In this document: positions 51,020 through 64,000 of the stretch, one piece after another
Position numbering within the stretch: position 1 is the first letter of the stretch
Layout: every line of letters starts with the position of its first letter
From: Lama guanicoe
Taxonomy: Eukaryota
Length of the DNA: 64,000 bases
Direction of reading: 5' to 3'
NCBI GenBank assembly: GCA_013239625.1
Contig: MU054323.1
Location: forward strand, 18,804,819-18,868,818
Notes under the pieces: generated by a model
Told to the model about the DNA's origin: nothing
The model's database searches: none
Seen by the model: only the letters and a program-made list of their open reading frames with translations
Program-made: the position numbers and the translations under genes

Positions 51020-51630
51020 CTTCATCCTAGACCTACTGTGCCAAAATCTCCAAGAAATGAGGTCTGGGCAGTGAATATTTTTCACTATTTTAAGTATAGA
51101 AATCTCTTTATTTGGGAGGAATCTCCCATTGGATTAGTTCTGGTGGGATGCAACATATAAGGGAGTTGCATATTCCCAGTTCATTCCTCTCCCACATAAC
51201 TGGCAACAGATAAATTACCTAGGTGTTGCTAATCAAATCTCTGCCTGGAACTAGAAGGGTGAAGCAAGTGAAACTGGAATAGTGATGCAAACATTCAGGG
51301 AGAATGCAAAAGTTATTCACTGCATTGCTGGTGGCATTTCAAGTCCAGCGACAGCAATGGAATTCAAATTTCAGGGGTGGTATTAAAAGTCAGAGGTAGA
51401 ATTGTAACCAGATATGCTGGCCTCAAGCACGTACCCCATGCCATAGCTTGCCTTTTAACTCCTCATCCTGATTCTCCAAGCTGCATGTAAGTTTCATGAG
51501 CTACTTGATAGTCTTCCAATACGTAATGTTTGTGTTTATCATAATTGGGTTTTGTTGCTTATAGCCAAGACCAATCCTTAATCACCGGGTTATTTTCATA
51601 ATAGGCTAGATTTGGGTACACACTACAGAT
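51020..51630. mobile_element. ERVL-type LTR (about 51110-51582), apparently nested in a MER5-like MITE
   Basis: MER5-like cctagacctactgtgccaaaatctcc on the left and ggttattttcataataggctagatttggg on the right; LTR end ttttgttgcttatagccaagacc. Confidence 0.45.
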
Positions 51631-52938
51631 CTTGTGGCAATATTTTCCTGAAACAAACAAAAAGAGAAAGCTATGGAGTCTAAGAAAGTTCTTCTGTTTA
51701 ATTTATTAATATAACAATACTTCCAAAGATGAAAATGTTCATCATATTTAGTAACATATTTGGCTCATTTTATTGAAAGAGTGAAATAAGTACTAGATGG
51801 TTAAGAACACACGATGTCCACGTGGTCAGTATGGAAACCATGTGGCAGAATAGTCAGAGACAGCATTATGACCTGAAACTGATATGTTAATTGTAAGTGG
51901 AATTAACTAGGCTGAGGAGACATAATAATTCTTTCTATACGTATCAGCAGAAGCCCAAAATATGATTAGGACTGTGCTGGCTATAGTTAAGAGTTAATGT
52001 GCTCCCCCCACAAACTGAAGCCAGCTTTAAGGGGAAAGATCACTGCTCATTTGAAATACGTATATGTCTGAAAACAGAAGACAGTTTGAATTCATTTAAC
52101 AATGATAAAAGAATTTCCTTAATAAGAAGTGATATAAGAGAATGTGATTTTATTTTAAGCAAATACAGCTAAAAAATGCTGCCCTTACAAAATATTTACC
52201 TTGACAGGTTTTACACAAGGAAAACATCAGTTCCTTTGCAAACAGGATCTTAATCAATGAATTCCTTCTGGAATTTTCTCCAAAGCCTATGGAAGCACAT
52301 CACTTAACTCCAGAAGACTTGGTGGTCTGGTTTTTTGTAAACAACTCTAATTACCTGTATTCAGATTTGGAAAATCTGGGGAGGAGAAGTTTCTAGGCTT
52401 GTACCTATCTTTAAGATACAAAATGTAGAATATTCATAACATAATCAAATATTTTTGTCTGTCTTTCAAAGTAATTCACAAAGTGAATCTCAAAGATTCA
52501 TCACAAAACGTTTCTTAGTAAAGGCTATATCCCTGAAGATAGAAAGGTAGATAGATTTATAGCTTGTATAAAAGTCTTCTTTGAAATGCACTAATCATTT
52601 GGACATTGGATGCATGAATTCTGCATTGAAAGTTTTGAAAACCAACCTCAGGGTCACTACTTTAGGATAAACTTCAGGTTGGCAGGTCATGATAATCAAG
52701 TATATACAGAAAAATCCTACATTCTTTTATTAAATTTGGATGTGATTTTTTTTGTTAATTAAATGAGTCAGTTAACACTTACACATTATGCTTACACATA
52801 GAACATTTAAATATATACTAATTTTCTTTTTCTTGGAGTATAGATATACTAATTGAGTCCTTCCCCAGACTTTTATATTTGGTTCATTCAGACCAAAAAC
52901 AATATCATTTTTAAAAATAAGCTTAATTTTTTACGTGT

Positions 52939-53459
52939 TGTATTAGTCAGGGTTCTCCAGAGAAAGAACCAGGATAGGATATAGGTATAGACTTATATAT
53001 AGGCTAGAGGTATAGACATAGATATGCATAATTCATATATGTGTGTATATATATATAATTTTTTACAGAAACCGATCACATGATTATGGCAGCTGAGAAG
53101 TCTCATGATCTGCTGTCTGCAAGCTGGAGAGCTAGGAAAACTGTTATTATAATTCAGTCTCAGTCCAAAGGCCAGAGAACCAGGAGCACTGATGTCTGAG
53201 GGAAGGAGAGGATGGATATCCCATCTCAAGCAATGAAAGCAGACCCACCCTTCCTCTGCCTTTTTGTTCTGTTCAGGTCCTCAGGGGATTGGATGACGTC
53301 CACCCACACTGGGGAGGGCCATCTACTTTATTCAGTCTACCAATTCAGATGTTAAACTTTTCTGGAGACACTTTCATAGATGCATCCAGAAATAATGTTT
53401 TACCAGCTACCTGGACATTCCTTAGCCTAGTCAAGTTGATACATAAAATTAACCACACA
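52939..53459 (-). mobile_element. MLT2B-type ERVL solo LTR
   Basis: tgtattagtcagggttctccagagaaagaacca ... cctagtcaagttgatacataaaattaaccacaca. Confidence 0.9.
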
Positions 53460-53934
53460 AGTGATAGCAAAGCATGTAACTTGTTGAAATGGAGCCAACA
53501 ATTCCATTTTTTTTTCATACTCACATTTGTATTGGTTTGTATGATGTTTAATTGAATGATGCAAGTAAAGGACCAAGTAAAATGGTATATATAGGTTTAA
53601 GAATAAATTCAGCTGACTATTAGCATTCAGCTAAACTGATGGGAATGGCAGAGTAGGGTGTCCTTAGCTTGCCAGCTGCAAGGGGTATGGTGTATTATGA
53701 ATATTACAGATGAAGTAGTTAATCCACTAAAAGAGAAAGATGGAAGTTAGTTAATAGAGCTTCTCCAGCATGAAAACAGTTAATTAGAATAATGCCACAT
53801 CAACAGATGGAGCACTTCTGATTTGAGTAGCATCTATAATATTAGATTTGCATTTTCTTCAGTTTTTGAAGGTAATTTATAATAAATTGGGCAAACTGTC
53901 TTCTGTTATTGATTGATGATTCTTCAAATCTAAG

Positions 53935-54085
53935 AAGTTATTAAACATTAATCTCTCTGTACCTCAGTTTCTTCATCTGTGAACTGGAATTAATACTAAT
54001 CCTTACTTCATTGGCTGCTAGGAGGGTTGTGAGTGAGTTAATATATAAAATACCCGGAGCAATGCCTGGCATAATGAGTGCCGGG
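53935..54085 (+). mobile_element. MIR
   Basis: ttaatctctctgtacctcagtttcttcatctgt...aatgcctggcataatgagtgc. Confidence 0.85.
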
Positions 54086-54149
54086 GCAGTGTGGTGGCAT
54101 CCTTTGGTTTTGAGCAATGCATAGACTGTGTAGCCGTATACAACAGTCC

Positions 54150-54280
54150 TGGGATGTGTTCTTATCCCAGTTTTTATAGATGCAGAAACTAGAATGAAAG
54201 CATTTAAGTAACTTGCTTGCAGTCACATAGTCAGTAAGTGGGTGAGTCTGTTCTGATTTGTAAGCATAATGCTTTACTAT
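54150..54280 (-). mobile_element. MIR
   Basis: ttatcccagtttttatagatgcagaaact...aagtaacttgcttgcagtcacatagtcagtaagtgg. Confidence 0.75.
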
Positions 54281-55609
54281 CTGCCTTTGGGGATGGCGAT
54301 GCCATGGAGACACTACGGTCACCACGATATTGCACTTGCTACCTTTTATCTGTTGGCAATAAAAGAAATTCTGATGACCAGACTCATGTTAAGTGTCTGC
54401 CTACTCCTTCCACAAAGGTAGGATGGCTTTCTTTGCCACTCACGCAGAGTGTACCGAGTCTGCAGGACAATTTTCAGCACATACGTAACATACTTGATTG
54501 CAAGTATATTTACTGTGAAAAATGGAAAGTGGGGAGTATGCAATACTGTGGTCAGATATTCTTCTTTTTTATATATATATGGTTGAAAATCATTTTGCAA
54601 GTTTTACTGATTCAGATACAGTTTTAGTATTCAAAGCAGAGAACATTTTCTTAACAGTTTTTGTTGGCTCACCTGTGTTTAGATAGCTCTCATCTTTAGG
54701 AATGTCATTGTCTTTTCCATATATTGTTATGATCCCTTTTTGAATTCCTTGAATTGGACACTAATGAGACATTTCTTTTCCTAATCTCTAGTGATTTAAT
54801 GCTTCCCATTTTAAAGTCTTCTTTGTCTTATATTTTTCACAAACTTTAGCCTTTTGTGCTTTTCTCTTTTTTCTTATTTACATAAAGTAGAAACTCAAAT
54901 TCATTCACTTCATTTTCCTGTTATACACAGTTTTTTAGTATAAATCACCCTCACTTCAAACACATAATCTCTCATTAAATAAAGCATTGTCTTGTCTCAT
55001 AAAGTCTGTCTGCTGGTCTAGGATTCTTTCCCTCACAAATCACCTCTGTGTATCCCAGTACTCAATTTATCTTTTGTTTATGTGATGTCATTGTGATTTT
55101 AAAATACTTTTATTTTTATACCATTTTAGGTCCCTTTCTTAAGTTCCTATGTATTTGCTCATAAGAGGTCAAGTCAGTGGGGAGCTTCTAATTATCTTTC
55201 TTCTGAGCTTCCCCTCCTGAAGAGATCCTAATGAGCAGTTAACTGTTCTCAATCAGGAAATAGAAACAAGAAAGAGGCAGAACAAATTTCTTGGTTTATC
55301 CAGTCCCTGGAGGCTCTTGAGACCAGGTCATACCGATGCATTCACAATATCACTATGGAGATTCATAAAAGGAAATGGCTTTAAATGAAGATTGCAGTAT
55401 CTTGTGTAAGGGAATGAAATCTTCACAGAGTGATAGCTTTAAATTAGCAACAGAACCTGGATTGGTGACTTGAGGCCTTTAATTCCTCCTTCACTGAGAT
55501 GTGCTGAAATAAGCCCCGGGCAACTCAGGCTTAATTATAAGAAGAATCTCTTAACACATTGACATTATATTACTCTCAGTGATGAGGACTCCCTGAGAGA
55601 GGCAATATC

Positions 55610-55848
55610 TTAAAGCGAGGGTCACAGCTCCCATAGATGGCTTCTCCAAAAAGACCGCCTTCCAGATTCCCATAACCACTCCGACCCTCAATCCATTCAG
55701 TTGTGGAGGTTACCAGTCCTGGACAAGGCACTATCATTTGTGGCTTCCCTACATCATGCCCAAGTTTTAATAAATAGGCCCTTTACTAAACTCTTCTTCA
55801 AAGTATGCAATTCAGGTGCGCTATTCCCGTTGAGACCTTGACTAATAA
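55610..55848 (+). mobile_element. ERVL LTR 3' fragment (LTR33/40/41-like)
   Basis: aataggccctttactaaactcttcttcaaagtatgcaattcaggtgcgctattcc...gagaccttgactaata. Confidence 0.6.
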
Positions 55849-55874
55849 GGCCAGTTTGGGGTTAAGACTCACTT

Positions 55875-56060
55875 AAAATTCTAGCTTTGGGATTTTCTGG
55901 GTAGTAACATTGAGCAAGTTACTTAGTCTCGTTGAGTCTCAGATACCTCTTCTCTAAAGGAAAATAGTAGAACTTACCTCACTATAATGAAATGAGAATT
56001 AAATGAGATTATATAGGTAAAATGTTAGGCATAGTGCTTGATGCCTAATAAGTACTTATT
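55875..56060 (+). mobile_element. MIR
   Basis: ttgagcaagttacttagtctc...gagaattaaatgagattatataggtaaaatgttaggcatagtgcttg. Confidence 0.8.
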
Positions 56061-56559
56061 ATTTCATTTCATTTCTTGCCTCTCTTTGCCACTCATTTAT
56101 GTGGTTGGTATGCTGTGAAGAATTGGTGGGACAAGGAAGATTTTGTCAAGGAATGGAAAATTTCAAAGACCCTTTTCTCCACTACCGCAACTATGACTAT
56201 TATTAGTTAAGTCTTGATTTTTTAATTCCAAACCAGTCATGTCATCATCCTTACACTCAATCCTTGGGTCTAAGGTTATGTTTTTGTGTGTCCATGAGGG
56301 TATGTGTATGTGTGCAACAGAAAGAGAAGAGAGTATGAGTGTGTATGTGTATATTTCAGTTTGTGTGTATTAGATGTGTAAATTACAAGAAAACAGCTTT
56401 TTGTAACAATTCAAACATAAAGAAAAAAATGGAGTGAAAAGCAAGAGTTTCTCTTTGCTATAAATCATTTCACTTTTATCTCCATTGGTCACTATCGTTA
56501 AATTTTGGTATGTGCACACACAAACACACTCATATTTACAAAAGTAAGCACTATATTCT

Positions 56560-57320
56560 CGTTGTTTCAGTGTGGAGGAGTACACAAATGAGATCCTACC
56601 ACATAGATCATGTGCTTTCCTTTTCTCACTGGCTAATTATTTTTTACATTTCCTGAAACATAGAGAAATGTTATTCTTTTATTGTTATGTCAATCCATAA
56701 AATTAATGCATATTTCTCTCTATAGGCACATTTCCCCATTTCTTCCACTGATACAGAGTGCTGTGTGCAAATGTGTAGTTTTCTGCAGTGTGCATTGCTC
56801 GAAGTAGAATTCTTGGGGTCAAAGGCTATGCATATTTTAATTTCTGATTGACACTTCCAAATTGTCTCCTTAAAACTCTCTCAAATTATACTTCTAACAT
56901 TAGTGTAGGAATATGCTAATGTTTCCATATGTTTTTTGAATTTGTAAATATAATCAGCATTTTGGTTTCTATGTATTTGAATGAACAATGGTATCTTTTC
57001 TATTTTAAATTGCATTTTATTATTTCCATATATTCATGGACTGATTGTATTATTTTTCTATGAAATGCATTTTCATACCTTTATTTCTTTGTTGACCAGT
57101 TGTCATATTTGTACTGATTTATCTGAGATCTTTGTATGTTATGAATAGCCCTTTGTTCACTATTTATGTTGCAAAATTTTCCCAGCCTGTTGCCTGTCTT
57201 TCAACTTTGCTTGTGGTGTTTTTGGTGCTGAAGTTTTAAATTCTTATACATTCAGATTTGTCCATTTTTTTTCTACTTCCGGGTTACACATTTTGTTTAG
57301 GAAATCACTTTCTGAACTGA
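56560..57320 (-). mobile_element. Old L1ME fragment
   Basis: gaagtagaattcttggggtcaaaggctatgcatattttaattt; tatttatgttgcaaaattttcccagcctgttgcctgtctttcaactttg. Confidence 0.8.
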
Positions 57321-58109
57321 TTTGTTTTGTTATTTTCCTACATTAACCCACTCTGAAACTAATTTCCTAGTCACAATTTCGTAGCCTTTACTATATTCCC
57401 TTATGTCTAGAGAAGGAATGAAACAGTTAAAAAAAAAAAAAAAGCACAGATTGGGGGGGTCTCTGTGCTGATACATAATAGGTCTTAGAAAATATTTCTG
57501 AAATAAGTGAAATGTGATGGGCTTTACTGCAAACAACCAAGCATTTGTTATTATCCTTTAATTGGCATGGCCTTGATAAATTATTCATTGTCTGTGTTTA
57601 TACATTTTACAATGAAATAATTACTCATATTATGATTTTTAAAACACATGATTTATAGTAACACTCTTTGTTCAAAAACAAAATTTTATAAATCCCTGGT
57701 ATGCAAAAATGTAAATAATTAATTTATCTGCTTGAAACAAATGAGTATGGGTGGGTAAGCCAGTGGAAAACATCAGAGCTCTCATTGCAGTTTCCTATTT
57801 TTACCCCTGAAACAGTCTCTAAGGCATCTCTGTACAAACCTCTAACCTCCTAAGAGCCTATTTTGAAAAGACCTGTTGTAAATCAGTGATCTCTGAAGTC
57901 AGCGCTAGAGGTGACCTATTAGTGTTTGGAAATAAAATATTAGAATTTCCATTTAAACTGAACATCATTAATATGATTTCAAATTTTTGCATGTTTTATA
58001 ATGCATGCAAAATATTAGTCTGGTATACAGGTCTATAATATATAAGTACACATGCATATATTGGGGTATATAACTGTATTACATAAATTCTAGTTCTAAA
58101 GATAAAACT

Positions 58110-58500
58110 ATCTACCTATTTGAATGCTATATCCCCATGTCTGTGTTCAGTACTATGAAAATAGACAAATGGTAAATAAAATATTAACATACATTCTCTG
58201 CTGTGAAGGAATCCATATATATTTTGGAAGATAATTTTGCCTAGCTGTAAACAGTCAGAGACCCCGGGGTATGTAAGTCAATAGAATGGTACAGACATAA
58301 GGGTTCAGAGTTGTTCGACAGGTGGAGAACAAGTACCGGCCAAAATCATGTGGGAGATTTAAAGATGATTTGATGCTTGATGTGAGTCCTAAAAGATCAA
58401 GAAAATTCAAGAAGCTAAAGACTAGGAAGGGTAAAGGAGCTCTTAGGAGTAGAAGCAGGTAGACAGGGATGTACGTGAAAAAGTGAGAGAACAGACATTG
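58110..58500 (-). mobile_element. Degenerate L2 fragment
   Basis: tatttgaatgctatatcc...tgtgttcagtacta; gcttgatgtgagtcctaaaagat...ggaagggtaaagg. Confidence 0.45.
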
Positions 58501-58899
58501 AAGGTTTAACATTATTTATCTTCAATGTAAGAATAGCTATGCCAAAGAACAGAATATAAAGCCAGTAGCTCAGCCTCACTGCCTTAAAATCCCTTCACTT
58601 AAAAAAAAATCACTTTGCTTATAATTCCAATCTCAGTTGCATGGAAGGAAACCTGCATTTTCCTTGAATTCATGTGGCATGTAACTCCTAGGAAAAGTAT
58701 TTAAGGACGTGGGCTGTAGTCACTTTCTCCCCCGGGGGTGCTGATTTATAGAATCTAATTGCAGAACTAGATTAAAGAAGGGAGATAAACTAGAAAAGTG
58801 GGCAATGCTTTCCTGTCTTTATAAAACTCGAAGTCATCTCTGATTAGAAAGAGATATGTCGGATGGGGTCCTGTAACTTCTCTAGTCTCATAATGATTA

Positions 58900-59065
58900 G
58901 AATTGAGAGTAACTGATTATTTAACTCCTAGTTTTTTTTATTTTCACAAATAAAGAAATTGAAGTTGAGGTATCTATAAACGTGTCAAAGTCAGAAGCAA
59001 GTCAGTGACAGATTGGGAGCTGAGATCCAAAGCTTTGCCTCACCAGCCAGTGTTCTTACTGCATC
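58900..59065 (-). mobile_element. Degenerate MIR
   Basis: attttcacaaataaagaaattgaag...gtcaaagtcagaagcaagtcagtgacagattggga. Confidence 0.55.
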
Positions 59066-60859
59066 ATTGTAAATGACAAACTGCACATAAGATTATGCTC
59101 GATTTTGAGTGGAGAATGGAGGAAAGAGTATAAGGCATAATAGATATAGAAATAACATAACAACATCTGTAGAAAAAATACACAATACTACATATTCTAC
59201 TTGGCTTTCTTCTCCCATCTATGGCCTCATAGAATGACACAGCATTTCTGCACTTTGGTTCTGGAAAATCTCTTCTAAGCCAGGTTCGTGTTGTCACTCT
59301 CTTTATCTTAATGTCAGCCCTTCTCAGAAATAGACGCTACAGTATACACTCACTCTGCCAGTGGATTATATGGAATTGATGTTGCCAGTTTACCCACTTT
59401 CTTTTTTAACTAATGCCTACATCCACGAAAACTGACTGGCTTTGTTGTGGTTACAGCATTGACTGCACACAACTTTAAAAGCTGTATTATGACATGGCTT
59501 AAAAAGAGGTTCCTGCTTACGAGTCAATAAGGTGCCGACTGCATTATTTTGTATTTTTTCCGTATACAAGTCACTTACAACCAGTAGGGTTTTCTCTTAG
59601 TCAGTCACCAGCGGCTATTTTGCCTGTTGGGAAGTGGTTACACGCCTGGCTCTATATCACTCTCCATTGCCTCTTTCAGTAATCTGGGGGGCCTCATCCC
59701 CACTCTCTAGGGCTGGTAATGGTCTTTGGAAGGTGAATTGGCCTCCATTATTGTTCCTTGAAATGATTGTTTGGCTAATATTTCTGCTTGTTGTAAATTA
59801 TAAATGTATCCACACCCTTAGACTATGGGAACAAAGTTATATAAAGATGCCAACAATTTACACAACATTCAACTGCCAACATTTCCCTGATAACCTAAAA
59901 ATCAGAGGCATTCAAAAGATAAACCTGTGCTTCCTAACCATCAGGATTCTAGTCTATGAATGACATAAGGAAAGAAAGAAAATTTAAAAAGTAAGCGATT
60001 TCTAAGAAAAATGTCTTCTAGGTTGAAATGAGCTTGCCTCTTGTCTCCTTATATGCTCCATAAATCGAATCAGTGAGAGGAGTTTTTGTGTCTATTATTC
60101 TCAGTCATTAGGAAGCTCATTGGTAGGCTGTTCCATAAATGTCTTATTGCTGATAGAATCATAAAATCATGTGGCACGCAAACAAGATAGTTCACAGAAT
60201 CATCATGGGTTATCTCATTTTGAGGGACAATTGAATAGTCCAGAATATATAGTTGCTTCTTTTAACTTAAATTTTGCCTTTGATTTGAAATGAGAAAATA
60301 CCGATTTCTACCTCTGCACATCTGGATGACTTTCCATTTGTCTGTCTATCCTACCTCTGAATAAACATTGAGGGCTGTTTGTCACCAATTTACCGTATTC
60401 CCAGTATAGTTACACTGTTAGAATTTACTAATTTTAGTCCCATGAAAGTGACAGATACTTGAGGCCAGGATGATCCCTGAGGATACTCCAGGTAAGTGAT
60501 GCACTCTACCTGGACACCTTTTTTAGAAAGTTGATTATTACCAGTTCCAACCCAGTAGGTTAACAAATATTTACTCTGCTGAATCAGGCTGCCTCATTCA
60601 GGGAGTCCAGTGTACTAATACAGTACAACTTGGGAGTTCATAGAGACAACTGCTTTTATTTGAAAAGAACAAACCCCAAATTTTGGCTTTTATAGAGCTC
60701 ATTAAACAAAACAGTAATGAGTATGTGCTGAATGTACAAAGAAACTATACTTATAAACCCATAATACCCATGTGGGAGGAAGAACATTTTATTAAGAACC
60801 TTCATGGGCCCAATATTGAGATAGGCACTCTACTTACAAAGTTGTCACATTTACCAATT

Positions 60860-60894
60860 GTGTATATGTATGTGTGTGTGTATACATACATAAC

Positions 60895-60928
<34 letters not shown>

Positions 60929-60945
60929 TATAATTATATATATAA
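60860..60945. repeat. Compound (TG)n/(TA)n/(CA)n microsatellite
   Basis: Direct reading. Confidence 0.9.
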
Positions 60946-62394
60946 TTACTTTTCTTAAGGTTTTTGATAAATATTAGAGGGGTCAAGTTATTTCCCCCAC
61001 CTTATCTTTGCTATGGAAGAAAACAGATTTTCATTTCACTCACCCATAGAGGAACTCACTCCACTTCCATGGCCACCCCCTACTCCAAGTTACTAGTGAA
61101 ATAGGAAGTTCTGATATCCATAGGGCTATATGGAACAGGGGACAGGGACTCTGCATTGAAATGTGAGCAGTAATCCTCTCGGACTCCTGATGCATGACTA
61201 GATATGAAGGGCAGTGAGCGTTTGGGCTTTCCACCTCTGCACACTGGGCAGGTTAATAAGACCACTTTCTAAACATTTACATTGAATAATTTTTCTAATG
61301 AACACATGGACATAATATAATTTTACTCTTTACAAATAGTTAAATAATGAAAAGATATTAATTCATGGTGCACAACACTTATGTAGACTGGCAATGAAAA
61401 CACATTTCAAATTGTTGGATACACCTTTCTATCTTGTCAGTATATCTCTGACTGTTTTGGAGAACTCTCAAATTTTAACAGACCTGTTTTCAGTCAGTAA
61501 GAGCCAGGAGAGGGGATGAACAAATGGGGTGTGGTCTCCAAAGCTCAGCTGTAAAAACGTAGAAAGGCAGAGGGTGGTGTCTGTTTTCTTCCTGCCTAGC
61601 ATCTCTGTTTGTTGCTGGTTTTCATTTTTGTTTTTGTTTTTGGTTTTTTTTGGTGTGTGTATTTCCATTATATTATTTGACATTTGTCTAGGCATTTTCT
61701 TGAATGGGTTTTGATCACTAATTACAGAGAATATTCAGTTGTTTAAAATATAGTCTTAAAAAATTTACACCTGCTACATTTCTATTGCTCTGGTGTTTAT
61801 CCATTTCTCTACTGAATTATCAAATGACACTTGGTATGGGGATCAAGGCACACTGACTTTTCCAGTGATAATATATGCTGGTAATGTAGTCCGCAAGTAC
61901 ATCTGATGCCACCACTGCATAACTACCTTGCTGTAGTGGGAGAGGTTTCATAGCCAGCTCTAGCTCCGGGGGAAAGAGAATGTCTACTTGGATTGAATGT
62001 TGCCTGAAAAAGCTGCCCTCTTTCTCATAAGAACTCTTCACAGACTTTTGTGGCACTTTCCTATTGAGCTTCTTTTACTCCTCCCTACCGCCCACCCCAG
62101 TGTCTTAGTTTCCTCCCTCTCTCATCCATTGATCTCTGTTTTAAACTTATATTGCTACTTTTAAGGGATGTTGATGTTTATCTACTTGTTGTCCCTTAGC
62201 ACATGCTGCACTGGGGACCGAGGAATCATTAAGTTGCTATGATGTTGAAGTACTACTGAAAGGCTGGTGCTTTATTGAACACCTGTAAAACATAGTTTGG
62301 ACATTTTTGACATATATTGAATATCTAAACAAATGCAGATTTGGGTTGGTTGTCTTTATCATTGCATGCTTAATCTACACTACTTGGATGCAAC

Positions 62395-63592
62395 ATTAAA
62401 GACATACTCCATGAAAGGAAGAATTAATAAGCTGGACTTTATTAAAATATAAAAGTCTGCTCTGTAAAAGATAATGTTAAGAGAATTACATTACAATTAC
62501 AAGGCAAGCCACAAGCTGGGAGAAAATTATTTGCAAAAGACATACCTAATAAAGAACTGTTACCCAAAATACGCAAAGAACTCTTAAAACTCAACAATAG
62601 GAAAACAAACAACCCAATTAAAAAATGGGTCAAAGACTGTAACAGATACTTCATGAATGAAGATATACAAGTGTCAAATAAGCTTATGTAAATATGTTTC
62701 ACATTGTATGTCATCACAGAAATGCAAATTAAAACAAGAAGATATGCAATTACACATATATTAAATGGCAAAATCTGGAACACTGACACCACCAAAAGCT
62801 GGTGAAAAAGTGGAACATGGGAACTTTCATTCACTGCTGGTGGGGATGCAAAGTGGTTCAGTCACTTTGAAAGACTTGTTAGTGGTTTCTTACAAAACTA
62901 AACATATTCTTACTGTACAATCTATCAATTGTGTTTCTTGGTATTTTCCCAAAAAAATTATTTATATCATACTAAAAACCTGTACACAAATATTAATAAT
63001 TGTCAAAACCTGGGAAGCAACCAAGATTTACCCTTCAGTAGGTGAATGGGGAAATCAACGGCAGCGCATCCAGACAATGTAATATTATTCAGAAATAATT
63101 GAGCCATCAAGCCATGAATAGTCATGGTGGAAGCTTAAGTGCATATTATTAAGTGAAAGAGCCAATCTGAAAGGACTATATCTATGATTTCAACTCTATG
63201 ACATTTTGGAAAAGGCAAAACTATGAAGACAATAAAAAGATCAGTGATTGCCAGAGGTTGGGAGGGGAGGAGAGATGAATAGGCAGAGCACAGAGGATTT
63301 TTAGAGCAATGAAAACAGTCCTCATGATACAATAATGATGGATACATGTCATTATAGCTTTGTCAAAACTCACAGAATGTACAAGACCAAGAGTGAACCC
63401 TAAGGTACACTATGAACTCTGGGTGATTATGACTTGTCAATGTAGGTTTGTCCTTGGAAATGTATCATTCTGATGAGTGATGTTGATAATTGGGGAGGTT
63501 ATGTGTACAGGGTGGCAAAGGTTGTAAGGGAAATCTCTGTACCTTCCTGTCAATTTTTGTGAGCCTAAAACTGTTCTAAAAATTGTCTTTAG
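62395..63592 (+). mobile_element. L1MC1/2-like ORF2 end and 3'UTR
   Basis: aactcttaaaactcaacaataggaaaacaaacaacccaattaaaaaatggg; 3'UTR caagagtgaaccctaaggtacactatgaactctgggtgat...gaaatctctgtaccttcc. Confidence 0.9.
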
Positions 63593-63599
63593 GAAGTCC

Positions 63600-64000
63600 A
63601 AAAAATTAACCTCAGCAAAGAAATAGAAAGCCTCAGAAAAGAAAGAGAAGTTATAAAGAAGAACACAATGGCAAATTTAGCAATAAAAAAATACAAGAAC
63701 AGAAATAAAAATTCAGTGGGTGCACTCAACAGTAGAATGGAAAACACAGAAGAGTCAATGAACTTAAAGATAAAACAACAGAAATCACCCGATATGAATA
63801 ACAGAGTGAGAGATTGAAAAAATTAAATAATTTCAGGAACATGTAGGGCTATAGCAAAAATACTGCTTTTGAGTCAGCAGAATCCTAGAAGAGGATAAAA
63901 GGATGGGACTCACAAAGCATTGGAAGAAATAATGGCTGAAAATTTCTTAACTAGGGCAAAAAAACCAAAAACCAAAAAAAAAACCCCTAACCTTACATAT
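63600..64000 (+). mobile_element. Old L1 ORF1 fragment, cut by the window edge
   Basis: cagcaaagaaatagaa...ctcaacagtagaatggaa...gaagaaataatggctgaaaatttc (ORF1 coiled-coil/RRM region). Confidence 0.8.

Noticed and set aside
1..64000. A novel multi-gene system or non-retroviral endogenous viral element
   Set aside because: No long intact ORFs, no coherent exon chain and no viral protein motifs were seen; a translated search (BLASTx/HMMER on repeat-masked sequence) would be needed to exclude very decayed remnants.

Overview
Mammalian genomic DNA, AT-rich and CpG-depleted, most likely a camelid (camel/alpaca/llama). The evidence is one short tRNA-derived SINE of the camelid vic-1 type, cetartiodactyl-type L1 3' ends, and a MER41-like LTR and Tigger1a-like MITE of artiodactyl type, with no Alu, B1/B2, Bov-A/BovB or PRE-1 seen. 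I find no recognisable protein-coding gene. The only ORFs with protein-like similarity are decayed L1 ORF2 C-terminal fragments. The window reads as intergenic DNA or the interior of a very large intron. It is filled with L1, MIR, L2, L3/CR1, MaLR/ERVL/ERV1/Gypsy LTRs, hAT/Tigger DNA transposons and microsatellites, with a few TE-poor stretches that may be regulatory. I do not see evidence for a new multi-gene biological system. The best leads are small-scale: a duplication-generated tandem STAT/GAS site in an old LTR, a twin-primed L1, nested insertions, a candidate 92-nt exon, a CpG micro-cluster, a triple inverted-repeat array and a CTCF-like site. Repeat family names come from recalled consensus motifs, not from a database search. 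Boundaries of old repeats are approximate.
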